This document shows, one piece after another, positions 1 to 9,143 of a stretch of 59,038 bases of DNA. The notes under the pieces are model-generated. The model did no database searches. It saw only the letters and a program-made list of their open reading frames with translations, and was not told the origin of the DNA. Source of the stretch: Candidatus Saccharimonadales bacterium (GTDB lineage: Bacteria > Patescibacteriota > Saccharimonadia > Saccharimonadales > DASWIF01); assembly GCA_036397795.1 (NCBI GenBank), contig DASWIF010000040.1, positions 1 through 59,038 on the forward strand, in the 5' to 3' direction. The stretch's first letter is position 1. Every line of letters begins with the position of its first letter. A program made the position numbers and the translations under genes.

Positions 1-2060
1 TCTAATAACTTATGGTAAATCGGCGGCAATGAGCCTGCAGTTTCATTATTATTGAGGCTGGCAACAAAATCGACAGTCGACTGGCCCCAGTAAGTTTCAT
101 TAGGCAATGGGATCTGGGCATCCTGTGGGCAAACTTTGACGGCCGATTCGACGCAAACATTAAATAGTGCCGGATTGTTGTCTGTCAGCGCCATAATTGA
201 TTGCTTTAGTAACTGGTGGCCATTAGGGTTGGGGTGATAACTTTCACTAAAACCCGGTAAAACAAACTTGGCCCGGCCGCCAAAACTCAGCCAGCCGTTA
301 TTAAGTCTAAAAGCCGGTGTGTTGGTAATAGATAAACCGTTGACAACCATGTCTTGATCATCCACCCCGCTACATAGGTTAAATCCACCAAAAGCACTTT
401 CTGTGTCCAGATAGTAAACACCTGCTCTTGCAGCGGCGAATTTAATGATTTGATTAAGATATTTAGCGGTTTGGTAAGCAAACTCTCTTTCAGCTGAATC
501 TAGGTGGACATTAAGTCCACAAGCACCCGCGGGCTGAATAATTTGGGGATAGCCAACTACGTAGATTTTAGTTTGGGCGTCGGTTTTAACCACCAATTGT
601 TTGTAGGCGTTGGTTAAAGTCTTAAACAAATTGGCGATTTCTTTAGCAACGTTAGCCCGTTTTTCTGGGTTGTCGGCGTAATCGCAAGTTGTTGGTAGTA
701 GGCAATTAATGAGTTTGTCTTTAAAGCCTAGGTCGTTGCCGCCGATTGATATAGTTACAAATTGTGGGGAGAATTTTAATAGTTCTAGCTGAGGAACAAC
801 ACCTGGTAGCCATTCTCCTAAAGAATTAACGGGTGGTAATTCATTATTTTGTCTTATATTAAGCACGTGTACAGTTTCTGCTCCACTACAGGCCACTGAG
901 TGGAATTCTTCAAAACCTAAGGCTAGGTCCAGTAGGTACGGGTAACTCCGGCGGCTAAGGTGGCACTTGTTCTCCGGCTCATCGGTGCCTAGTTCGTACC
1001 AACTGTCGTCTAAGTCTCCTTCGCCCGAGGCAAATGAATCGCCCATAGCGATATAAGTTGAGCTGTTATCGATTATTTGATGACCATTTAAAGTCAGTTG
1101 CACCTTTCTAAAATAGATCTCGTTGTTGGCGTTGGTCTGTTTTACGTAAAGCTCCAAATGATAGTCATCGAGAAACTTGATCCGCTCAACACCATTATTT
1201 GGTCCGAATTGATCAATCAGATACTGGCTGATGTCTCTTTCGTCGCAATCTACCGGTCCATTAATCGTCGATGGCACTGAGCCACATATAGACAGATCGT
1301 AAATCAGCGTAGCTTCATTAATGTAATGCGCGGCGACAAATTGGCCACTATTACTCACAGCGCCAGTCAGTGGTTTGGTCGAAAGACCAAACGGCAAAGG
1401 CTCGGTCGAATCCAAATTGACTCTAATTAAGCTTTTGTTTGGCGAGAACGCTATTGCCCATAAACTGTTGGTTGAGGTTTTGAGGAAGTTCGAATCGATA
1501 TTAACGAGGTTGCCAGCTTGATCTTGGACAATCTGTGAACCGGAGGGCGCATAGGTCATAAACCAGTTGTTCTCAGTCCGAACCAGTGATTGGTTAATAA
1601 AATCTCGATAAACGTGCAGGTGCTTTTTGGGGAAGAAGCCGCCTTTAATCTCTAGCAACTTGTTAGAGTTTGGCACCGGAAGATAAACCGTGTTGCCGCG
1701 CGACATCCGGCCGGCGTATTTTTCTCCGTTCTCGTGAAGGTAGCGGCCGGCGGCTATACCGTAGTTCGTGATTACGGCGCAGGCCTCGGGTTGCTCGTTA
1801 TACTGGACGGCTTGGCCGATCGGCTTGACTTTAAAGTTAAAGGTATAGTCCAGGCAATGGCCGCCGGTTGGGCTGGCAGCGGGCGCGCTCTGGCCAGCCG
1901 GCAATACTTCATCATGGTGGACTAACAAGCCAGTAATCCAAGACGGGGAAGTGGCGGTGTCGGCCTTGGTTTGAGCCGGCGCCCTTAATAGCGAGGCTAG
2001 AAAGCCGATCGTCACTAGCAAACAGACGAACATTCTGAGTAGTTGCTGTAATCCGGACAT
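1..2060 (-). CDS. Secreted SGNH/GDSL-family hydrolase (C-terminal end runs off the window)
   Basis: Absent from the ORF track because no stop lies inside the window. My translation of the minus strand from ATG 2060-2058 stays open to position 1. Signal-like N-terminus MSGLQQLLRMFVCLLVTIGFLASLL. SGNH blocks lie in one frame: IAMGDSFASGEG (GDS codons 1035-1043), ISIGGNDLG, SYHPNPNGH. Confidence 0.7.
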   Translation of the reverse strand, partial: MSGLQQLLRMFVCLLVTIGFLASLLRAPAQTKADTATSPSWITGLLVHHDEVLPAGQSAPAASPTGGHCLDYTFNFKVKPIGQAVQYNEQPEACAVITNYGIAAGRYLHENGEKYAGRMSRGNTVYLPVPNSNKLLEIKGGFFPKKHLHVYRDFINQSLVRTENNWFMTYAPSGSQIVQDQAGNLVNIDSNFLKTSTNSLWAIAFSPNKSLIRVNLDSTEPLPFGLSTKPLTGAVSNSGQFVAAHYINEATLIYDLSICGSVPSTINGPVDCDERDISQYLIDQFGPNNGVERIKFLDDYHLELYVKQTNANNEIYFRKVQLTLNGHQIIDNSSTYIAMGDSFASGEGDLDDSWYELGTDEPENKCHLSRRSYPYLLDLALGFEEFHSVACSGAETVHVLNIRQNNELPPVNSLGEWLPGVVPQLELLKFSPQFVTISIGGNDLGFKDKLINCLLPTTCDYADNPEKRANVAKEIANLFKTLTNAYKQLVVKTDAQTKIYVVGYPQIIQPAGACGLNVHLDSAEREFAYQTAKYLNQIIKFAAARAGVYYLDTESAFGGFNLCSGVDDQDMVVNGLSITNTPAFRLNNGWLSFGGRAKFVLPGFSESYHPNPNGHQLLKQSIMALTDNNPALFNVCVESAVKVCPQDAQIPLPNETYWGQSTVDFVASLNNNETAGSLPPIYHKLL

Positions 2061-2164
2061 GGCGAAAAAAAATATTTAAATTAACGCATAACGTATCAGT
2101 TATTTGACTAACTTTCAAGTAAATAATTATTAATATAAGCGTTTTATTAAACACTAGTGTTATT

Positions 2165-2202
2165 AACCCATAGACAAGTTCTGCAGAACTTGTCTATGGG
2201 TT
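2165..2202. promoter_or_regulatory. Perfect 38-bp palindrome, candidate operator between divergent genes
   Basis: AACCCATAGACAAGTTCTG|CAGAACTTGTCTATGGGTT read directly. It lies between the hydrolase start (2060, minus) and the ArsR-like gene start (2226, plus). No T-tract follows and no gene ends here, so it is not a terminator. Confidence 0.5.
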
Positions 2203-2225
2203 TTAAATGAGTTAGATTGTGGTCT

Positions 2226-2498
2226 ATGAATAAACTCAACCTAGACTGGCTAACTGTCGTTGTAAAAGGCGGCGCTAATCGACACCGCCTGCGAATTATG
2301 CTCAGTCTAATTGAAAACCCCGATCAGTCAGTTACCGATTTAGCTGACGAGCTCAAAATTAACTTTAGAACGGCCAGCGAACACACCCGAAAGCTCAGCC
2401 AGGCTGGCCTAATCTCTAAAAAATATCAATCAAGCTTTATGACCCATCATATAACGCCGCTAGGCCGTAAGTTCATTAAGACCCTATCGGCCCTATAG
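2226..2498 (+). CDS. ArsR/SmtB-like winged-helix transcriptional regulator
   Basis: ORF track 2217..2498 (TTG); ATG at 2226. Motif LRIMLSLIENPDQSVTDLADELKINFRTASEHTRKLSQAGLISKK matches the ArsR-type HTH pattern. Confidence 0.6.
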   Translation: MNKLNLDWLTVVVKGGANRHRLRIMLSLIENPDQSVTDLADELKINFRTASEHTRKLSQAGLISKKYQSSFMTHHITPLGRKFIKTLSAL

Positions 2499-2507
2499 AT
2501 ATAGGGC

Positions 2508-3011
2508 TCAGTCTTCGGATTTTTCCGTTGCGTCGGGTCCCGCGGTAGAGTCGTTACTGGTTGGCTTGATGACTACATGACGGTCGCGGCCTTCGCCGTC
2601 AGACTCGCTTTCTACCCCGCCGTAATCTGATACGGTTTTATGCACCACCCGCCGATCAGCTGCGTTCATCGGGCTTAAGGGCATGGCCTGCCCGCTAGTC
2701 TTAACTTCCTCGATCCACTGCTCCGCTTGGCGAGCCAGTCGTTCACGACGGTGGCGTTTGTAATCGGCCACGTCAACGTTAACCCGATTTAAATCAAACT
2801 CCTGGTTCTTGAGCGCCGAAGACACCAAGAACTGGATCGAGCGCAGGGTCTCGCCTCGTTGTCCGATCAAAAAACCGTTGAGGTGGGTTGAGGGTATGGA
2901 CAACTCAATCACCTCGTCCTCATGGCTAGCTTGGACGTCGACATTCAATCCAAAAAAGGTGAGTAAGTCCTCTAGATACTGTTTGGCGTAGGTTATTGGA
3001 TCACCCATCAT
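2508..3011 (-). CDS. khpB: KhpB/Jag-like RNA-binding protein (KH + R3H)
   Basis: ORF track. GFLIGQRGETLRSIQ (KH GxxG-type) and a C-terminal R3H-like segment NAADRRVVHKTV. Canonical position downstream of yidC with an overlapping ATGA junction. Confidence 0.75.
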   Translation of the reverse strand: MMGDPITYAKQYLEDLLTFFGLNVDVQASHEDEVIELSIPSTHLNGFLIGQRGETLRSIQFLVSSALKNQEFDLNRVNVDVADYKRHRRERLARQAEQWIEEVKTSGQAMPLSPMNAADRRVVHKTVSDYGGVESESDGEGRDRHVVIKPTSNDSTAGPDATEKSED

Positions 3012-3862
3012 TTTTTAGACCTTTTTGACTTTGGTTTGGCCACCACCTGCTGTTCCATTTCCTCGACGTCGGTCGATAAGACCCGACGCTGTTGAATTAA
3101 AGCCACGGCACTGCCGCTGGCCCAATACAGCGCCAGGGCGCCGGGCACCGAACTAGCAAAGATAAAAGTCAACAACGGGAATAGATAGCGAGCGTTACGG
3201 CCGACAGCGGCATTTATCTCCGCTTGATCGGCTCGCTGGCCGCCAGCTTCAGATTTGAGTATCTGCCGCAAGCTGCGGGCATCGTCTGATTTGGGCATCA
3301 ACTGGCGGGACTGGTAAAACTGCAGAAGCCCAGCTAGGGCAGCCAGTGATAAAACGGGCCAGTAAGTACCGAGCTCGCCGAAGCCGCTGCGAGTAAGATC
3401 AACCAAGCTAAACAGCCGCTCATCGAAGTTTGAGATATCCAGTTTGACATCTTTCAGCCAACCGATGTTTTGCACCCAGCCGTAGGTCAGATCGATTATG
3501 GTGTCCTTGTTCTCCGCCAGCCGTCGCAGCCCCTGGAAGAGCCCAATCAGTATGGGCAGTTGGACAAACAAAATGCCGATCGAGCCAAATGGATTGACAC
3601 CTCGCTCTTTATACAACTCCATTAAAAGCTGGGCTTCGCGCTGCTTGTCACCCTTGGTTTTGCTCTTGATTTTTTTTATGTCGGGCTGGAGGCCGCGCAT
3701 GATGCGGGTCTGGTGCAGCTGCTTTTTTAGCAACGGCCAAAGCGCTAGGCGAATTACAATCGTAAAAATAATGACGCTCAGGCCAAAATCATGGCCAGGA
3801 ATAATGGCGTAAATAAACGCCAATAGATTAAATATCGGTTGTACGATTAGCGTTTCAAACAT
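3008..3862 (-). CDS. yidC: Membrane protein insertase YidC (short, Gram-positive type)
   Basis: ORF track, 284 aa, multi-TM. Typical motifs LALWPLLKKQ, MRGLQPDIKKIK, KERGVNPFGS. Synteny rnpA-yidC-jag. Confidence 0.9.
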   Translation of the reverse strand: MFETLIVQPIFNLLAFIYAIIPGHDFGLSVIIFTIVIRLALWPLLKKQLHQTRIMRGLQPDIKKIKSKTKGDKQREAQLLMELYKERGVNPFGSIGILFVQLPILIGLFQGLRRLAENKDTIIDLTYGWVQNIGWLKDVKLDISNFDERLFSLVDLTRSGFGELGTYWPVLSLAALAGLLQFYQSRQLMPKSDDARSLRQILKSEAGGQRADQAEINAAVGRNARYLFPLLTFIFASSVPGALALYWASGSAVALIQQRRVLSTDVEEMEQQVVAKPKSKRSKK

Positions 3863-3896
3863 AGCTCACATAATCATAACACGCTAAACACCCCTG

Positions 3897-4256
3897 TCAG
3901 TCGGCATTTTTGGCGGGTTTTAGACCAGCTTTAGCGAGCGAGTCTGCCACTAAGCGCTCCAGCTCGGCTTGCTCGACTTTAGCTAGGTCAGACGAGAAGA
4001 CCGAAACGATTAGATCGTGGCCATTGGTGGGTTCAGGCCAGAGTTTTGCCATGGTAGAAAATAGCCGGCGCCGGATACGATTGCGGGCCGGAGCGGATTT
4101 GGCCGTTTTCTTGCTGACGATTACCGCCAGTCGATTGTGCTTAGTGTCATTTGGTAGGAACCGGACAGACAGCGGACCCGCGCGGACACTGCGGCCGCGG
4201 CGATAGACGACTGCCAGATCACGCCTGTCACTCAAGCGATGGCGGCGGTTGATCAT
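3897..4256 (-). CDS. rnpA: Ribonuclease P protein component
   Basis: ORF track, 119 aa, basic. RLSDRRDLAVVYRRG ... NRLAVIVSKK ... ARNRIRRRL. Located directly downstream of rpmH. Confidence 0.8.
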   Translation of the reverse strand: MINRRHRLSDRRDLAVVYRRGRSVRAGPLSVRFLPNDTKHNRLAVIVSKKTAKSAPARNRIRRRLFSTMAKLWPEPTNGHDLIVSVFSSDLAKVEQAELERLVADSLAKAGLKPAKNAD

Positions 4257-4262
4257 AGTTGT

Positions 4263-4400
4263 TCAAGCGCTCAGCTTTGAGCGTTGCTTGAGCCGCCGCG
4301 ACTTGATAACTTTTCGGCCGGTACCCGACAACATCCTAGCCCGCCAGCCGTGCACACGCTGTCGTTTTCTGGTCTTGGGTTGATGGGTCCTTTTGGGCAT
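4263..4400 (-). CDS. rpmH: 50S ribosomal protein L34
   Basis: Below the ORF-track size cutoff; found by hand. Translation is [45 protein letters not shown] (45 aa) with a TGA stop at 4263-4265. Confidence 0.9.
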   Translation of the reverse strand: MPKRTHQPKTRKRQRVHGWRARMLSGTGRKVIKSRRLKQRSKLSA

Positions 4401-4527
4401 AACTTGGCAATCCTACCCTAATTATAGATAAATGTAAAAACCTCCCGGCCGACTGGTTTGCATCTTCAGCCGTTCTAGTAGCTGGTCGCCTTGCTGCTAA
4501 GCCGGACTAATTGTTTATTAACGTTAA

Positions 4528-4644
4528 TTTTCCACAAAGAGTTTTGTCGTGTCCACAACTTTCCAGATGGGCCAACGAACTGTGCACAACTATCAATCTG
4601 AAGGAGCGGCTTTTTGTGACAATCCCGGTTGCGGTTGTGGAAAA
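4528..4644. other. DnaA-box cluster in rpmH-dnaA spacer (oriC candidate, part 1)
   Basis: 9-mers versus TTATCCACA: TTTTCCACA 4528-4536 (8/9), GTGTCCACA 4549-4557 (7/9), TGTGCACAA 4581-4589 (reverse orientation, 7/9), TGTGGAAAA 4636-4644 (reverse orientation, 8/9). An AT-rich stretch lies at 4509-4530. Confidence 0.6.
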
Positions 4645-4702
4645 ACCTAAATCTCGTTATGGTAGTTAGGTAGCTTTTAACTCAAGGGGTGTTAGGTAGA
4701 CC

Positions 4703-6055
4703 ATGGACGAACGCCTATGGCAGTCGGTGCTGGGTGAAATTGAGATCAGTGTTTCACGAGCTAGTTTTGCCACGTGGTTTAAGAACACCGCCCTAATAGA
4801 AAACGATGCGGGTAAGCTGACTATCGGTGTCCCTAACATCTTTGCTAAACAACAGTTGGAGTCCAAATTTAAGGACCTGGTGGTTGACAGTTTAAAAACC
4901 AAGTTGCCAGAGTTTAAGGCCATTGAATTTACAATCCACTCAAGTGCGAATGGCGGGGGAAACAACCGCCAACAACCGACCGCCCAACTCGACATCCGTC
5001 CGCGATCCAGCCCAGCAAGTTCTGGACCGGCTGGACAGCCCCCCAGCGGCATGAATACCCGGTATACGTTTGACAGTTTCATCGTCGGGTCGAACAACGA
5101 GCTGGCTTATGCGGCTTGTCAGGCAATAGTCCAAAACCCTGGTGTCAAGTACAACCCTTTGTTTGTTTATGGTGGTGTCGGACTGGGTAAGACCCACCTT
5201 ATCCAAGCAGTCGGTAATGCCTTGCTTGAGAAAAACCCTAAAGCTGCGGTGGTATATATTACATCCGAGACCTTTGTTAATGAATTCCTCGACAGCATCC
5301 GGTTTAAGAAAAAGGGATTCGCCGACCGGTACCGCTCAGTCGACGTACTGATAGTGGACGATATGCAGTTCATCGCCGGTAAAGAAAAAACCCAAGAAGA
5401 GTTTTTCCATACGTTTAACGCGCTGCACCAAAGTAACAAGCAAATTATCATCAGCAGCGACAAGCCACCAAAGAGCGTTCCGACCCTAACCGACCGGCTG
5501 CGCTCACGGTTTGAATGGGGTATGACGGTCGATATCCAGCAGCCGGATTTTGAAACCCGCTGCGCAATTTTGCAAATCAAGGCATCCCATCACGGCTTTG
5601 ATTTGCCACGAGACACCGTCGAATATTTGGCGACCCACGTCCAAACTAACGTCCGGGAGCTAGAGGGCGCGCTTAATCAGCTTATTGCCTACTGCGAGAT
5701 GCGCGGACTAGAACCCGACACCGATACCGCGGTGGCTCTGCTCAACAGCACTAAACTACGGCCAAAACACATTACCGCCAAAGGCGTAGTGGAACGTACG
5801 GCCAAACACTTCCAGCTGCCGATTGAGGAAATCACCGGGCCCAAGCGTGACAAAGACATCGTGGTACCGCGGCAAGTGGCAATGTATTTGCTTAGAAGCG
5901 AGTTACACCTAAGCTTCCCAAAAATCGCGCATGAGTTGGGCCGAAAAGACCATACCACTGCTATTCACTCGATCGATAAAATTGAAAAAGCTATTCGCTT
6001 CGACCCGTTGATTCGCGATCATGTTAATAATATTAAGGAGCGGCTTTATGCGTAA
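4703..6055 (+). CDS. dnaA: Chromosomal replication initiator DnaA
   Basis: ORF track, 450 aa. Walker A GGVGLGKTHL, DDMQFIAGKEKTQEEFFHTFN, and the C-terminal DNA-binding helix DHTTAIHSIDKI. Confidence 0.97.
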   Translation: MDERLWQSVLGEIEISVSRASFATWFKNTALIENDAGKLTIGVPNIFAKQQLESKFKDLVVDSLKTKLPEFKAIEFTIHSSANGGGNNRQQPTAQLDIRPRSSPASSGPAGQPPSGMNTRYTFDSFIVGSNNELAYAACQAIVQNPGVKYNPLFVYGGVGLGKTHLIQAVGNALLEKNPKAAVVYITSETFVNEFLDSIRFKKKGFADRYRSVDVLIVDDMQFIAGKEKTQEEFFHTFNALHQSNKQIIISSDKPPKSVPTLTDRLRSRFEWGMTVDIQQPDFETRCAILQIKASHHGFDLPRDTVEYLATHVQTNVRELEGALNQLIAYCEMRGLEPDTDTAVALLNSTKLRPKHITAKGVVERTAKHFQLPIEEITGPKRDKDIVVPRQVAMYLLRSELHLSFPKIAHELGRKDHTTAIHSIDKIEKAIRFDPLIRDHVNNIKERLYA

Positions 6056-6110
6056 AAGTTGTGCGTTTGGCGCGCCTTCTAGGTGGACAGGCCTGGGATT
6101 AGTTGGGTTC

Positions 6111-6119
6111 TTATCCACA
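6111..6119 (+). promoter_or_regulatory. Perfect consensus DnaA box in dnaA-dnaN spacer (oriC candidate, part 2)
   Basis: TTATCCACA read at 6111-6119. Confidence 0.6.
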
Positions 6120-6316
6120 ACGGCAGGCCACACTGTTATAAAAACGCAACTCCGCTCGCCGATTAACAACAGGCTGGTGTTGTTTTTGGGCGCGTTTTGC
6201 ATCGGTTTTAAACAGTTTGGCGGCCTTAGTCCGTTACTGTTGCGCCGGCTTATTTACACAGTTTCCCCAGCGTCTACTACGACTTATACGAAGTTATTAA
6301 ATAAGGAGGTATTAGT

Positions 6317-7405
6317 ATGAAGGTTGCGCTGAAGCAAGAAAAGCTGGCACAAGCATTGTTGTTAGTAGGCCGAGTCGCAACCAGCCGAGCCGCTCTGCCG
6401 GTGCTGGCAAACGTTTTAATCAAGGTTGACTCAAAGCAGACTGTCCTAACGACTACTAATTTGGAGATTGCAATAACGCAAACAATCGGTGGCAAAGTCG
6501 GCCAACCCGGAGCGATTACAGTCCCCGCCCGCCTGTTTAATGACTACATTAACTCTTTGCCGGAGGAGCTAGTAGAGTTAGCCGGTGAAAACCAGAAGCT
6601 ACATGTTAAAAGCGGTGAATATACGTCAACCATAAACGGGATGCCAGCCGAGGAGTTTCCGGAGTTACCAAGCATGGGTAAAAGCCAAAAGTTCAGCGTT
6701 GATGCGCAAGAGCTAAAAAACGCCATCCAGCAAACCATCTTCAGCGCCTCAAGCGACGAAACCCGACCAGTGTTGACCGGCGGTTATATTCACACCCACG
6801 AGAATAAAATTTATATGGTTTCAACCGACAGCTATCGATTGGCACAAAAACAGCTTAGTGGCAAGCCCAGCGGAGAGTTCAGGTTAATTATTCCGGCAAA
6901 TGCGCTCGGCGACGTAGTGCGAATTATTGGCGACGGCCAGGGTACGGTAATGGTTATCTACGATGATACCCAAATCCAGTTTGACTACGACCAAAGCACG
7001 CTAATAACCAAGCAAATCGAAGGCCAGTTTCCAGAGTACCGACAGTTGATCAGCCCAGACAGCGAAGCGAGCTTTACGATTAAAAAAGCTGAATTTCTAA
7101 ACCTCGCAAAAGTAGCCAGCTTGTTCGCCCGGGAGAGCGCTGGTAGTGTTACGCTGGAAGTTAGCCAAGGGGAGATAAGTATTAATTCCGTGGCGTCCCA
7201 AGTTGGAGAGAATACATCCAAGGCTAAGGCCAAGACAGAGGGTGAAGGCAAGGTGACACTTAACTCAAGATATCTAATTGAAGCACTCAACGCGACCGAA
7301 GGCGAGGCGGTAAGGTTCCGCTTTAGCGGCAAGGTCAGCCCGTGTGTATTAACACCGGCAGAAAATGACGAAACTACCCATATCATCATGCCGCTTAAGA
7401 GCTAG
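6317..7405 (+). CDS. dnaN: DNA polymerase III beta sliding clamp
   Basis: ORF track, 362 aa. Typical N-terminus ...LAQALLLVGRVATSRAALPVLANVLI and synteny dnaA-dnaN-recF. Confidence 0.95.
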   Translation: MKVALKQEKLAQALLLVGRVATSRAALPVLANVLIKVDSKQTVLTTTNLEIAITQTIGGKVGQPGAITVPARLFNDYINSLPEELVELAGENQKLHVKSGEYTSTINGMPAEEFPELPSMGKSQKFSVDAQELKNAIQQTIFSASSDETRPVLTGGYIHTHENKIYMVSTDSYRLAQKQLSGKPSGEFRLIIPANALGDVVRIIGDGQGTVMVIYDDTQIQFDYDQSTLITKQIEGQFPEYRQLISPDSEASFTIKKAEFLNLAKVASLFARESAGSVTLEVSQGEISINSVASQVGENTSKAKAKTEGEGKVTLNSRYLIEALNATEGEAVRFRFSGKVSPCVLTPAENDETTHIIMPLKS

Positions 7406-7422
7406 GGCTTATACTAGGCGCC

Positions 7423-8484
7423 ATGATAATAACTGGGGTTGGGCTTAATAACTTCCGGTCCTATAAGGAGCAAGTATTCGAACTGGAAGCAGGGGTAAAC
7501 ATTGTGGTTGGCCCCAATGCTAGCGGCAAAACCAACCTCCTTGAGAGCATCTATCTCGGCTGCCAGGGCAAGTCATTTCGCGGGACGACCGACAAACTAA
7601 TCCAGCACAAAAAGCCGTGGTCCCGAGTTGAGCTGACAACCGATAAAGGCAGCCGGGTAATCAAGCTGCGACGAGACCAACCGCCCAAAAAAGAATTCGT
7701 GCTTGATGGTCTGACCAAGCGCCGTCTTACCCTAGACGACAAAATACCAGTCGTTTTGTTTACTCCCGACGATTTACGTCTGGTTAACGGATCGCCGGAG
7801 CGAAGGCGCCGGTTTTTAGACGATCTGGTGTCTAAATTAGAGCCAGAAGCGACCTCGGTACTATCGCAGTACCAACGAGCGTTGCTGCAGCGGAATAACC
7901 TGCTTAAGTACCCTAATCCTGACCCGGACGAACTGTTTGTTTGGGCCGTACGATTGAGCGAGTTAGGGGGCAAGATTGTCGAGTGGCGCCTGCAGCTTAT
8001 ACAAAAACTGAACCAAAAAGCCGGTAAGATATACTCGCTCATAGCTGGCGCTAAGCAGACAGTTAAATTCAGTTACGACAGTAATCTAAGTCCGCCTAAG
8101 TCCTACCAAACTAAACTTAGTTCGCACCTCCAAGGCCAGCGTGATATTCATCTGGGGTTTACTTCCTGTGGGCCTCACCGGGACGACTTAAGAATCGAAC
8201 TTGGTAACAGTCTTAGCAGCGACAGTTCCTCGCGGGGCGAAGTTAGGAGCTTGGTGCTAGTTAGCAAGCTGATTGAAATCCAGCTGCTGGAAAGCCGCAG
8301 CGGACAAAAGCCAATATTATTATTCGACGATGTTTTTAGCGAGCTCGACGGTGCCCGGCGTAGGCGGTTGTCGGAACAGGTCTTGGAACATCAAACAATA
8401 ATAACTACAACTGACGCTGATGCAGTTGTAGCACATTTTTTGAAAAGAGCTAATGTGATTCCGATAACTTACTATTCAAAGTGA
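7423..8484 (+). CDS. recF: DNA replication and repair protein RecF
   Basis: ORF track, 353 aa. NFRSY..., Walker A GPNASGKTNLLESI, and a signature/Walker B region LLFDDVFSELD. Confidence 0.93.
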   Translation: MIITGVGLNNFRSYKEQVFELEAGVNIVVGPNASGKTNLLESIYLGCQGKSFRGTTDKLIQHKKPWSRVELTTDKGSRVIKLRRDQPPKKEFVLDGLTKRRLTLDDKIPVVLFTPDDLRLVNGSPERRRRFLDDLVSKLEPEATSVLSQYQRALLQRNNLLKYPNPDPDELFVWAVRLSELGGKIVEWRLQLIQKLNQKAGKIYSLIAGAKQTVKFSYDSNLSPPKSYQTKLSSHLQGQRDIHLGFTSCGPHRDDLRIELGNSLSSDSSSRGEVRSLVLVSKLIEIQLLESRSGQKPILLFDDVFSELDGARRRRLSEQVLEHQTIITTTDADAVVAHFLKRANVIPITYYSK

Positions 8485-9143
8485 CGTATTAGGTTGCTAT
8501 CATCTTCAAACTCTTGTTCGCTGGGTAGATTGACGTCGATATTAAACTTAGTCGAGTCTATACCATTTTCTTCCAGCAGAGCTAACGCGGCGGCTTCAAC
8601 CTTTCCTTCGGGTTTTTTAGTAATGTTAACGAGTAGACTACTATCAGATATTTTGATAATACTAAAGCCGTTTCCGGAATATGGTAAATCTGACAGGAAA
8701 TCACTGGTAGCTGGTAATAGGTTGACGGTAAATTCTTTAGTCAATTCATTAATCAGCTCATCCGATCTGCTGGTCAGATTGCTAATCGTTATCGTATAAG
8801 TCTGCTCATCATTGAGCAGCAAGTTACTCAAGTTGATAGTCAATTTGTTTTCTAAAATACCGTAAATATATTTCACATTTTGGTCAACAACAACGCTGAA
8901 CACATCGCTTTGGACCAACGGCATTTCGCGATTAAACTCAAAAGTAAAAGTTGTAGCGAACTGATTAGTTGAAACTTCAGCTTGAGGGCTCACCGAAATG
9001 AGCTGGAAAGGCTCCTCGCGTGTACTGGAAGAGATTATGAGGATTATTAGCGGGATGACTACCACAATGATAGCAAGAGCAAAGGCCAAAGCGCGATTGC
9101 GCAAAATCAATTCTAGTAGTTGGTTATTGTTAGGTTCCATCAA
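8472..9143 (-). CDS. N-terminally membrane-anchored protein, last gene of the T4SS operon (VirB8/PrgL-like in size and topology only)
   Basis: ORF track, 223 aa. Single TM ALAFALAIIVVVIPLIILII followed by an extracytoplasmic domain of about 185 aa. Its start overlaps the upstream hydrolase gene by 14 nt. Confidence 0.6.
   Translation of the reverse strand: MMEPNNNQLLELILRNRALAFALAIIVVVIPLIILIISSSTREEPFQLISVSPQAEVSTNQFATTFTFEFNREMPLVQSDVFSVVVDQNVKYIYGILENKLTINLSNLLLNDEQTYTITISNLTSRSDELINELTKEFTVNLLPATSDFLSDLPYSGNGFSIIKISDSSLLVNITKKPEGKVEAAALALLEENGIDSTKFNIDVNLPSEQEFEDDSNLIRHFE

Noticed and set aside
5167-5580. 137-aa and other 60-140-aa ORFs antisense or out of frame within dnaA, dnaN, recF, groEL, valS and VirB4.
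   Set aside because: They are fully contained in strongly supported conserved genes and have no motifs.
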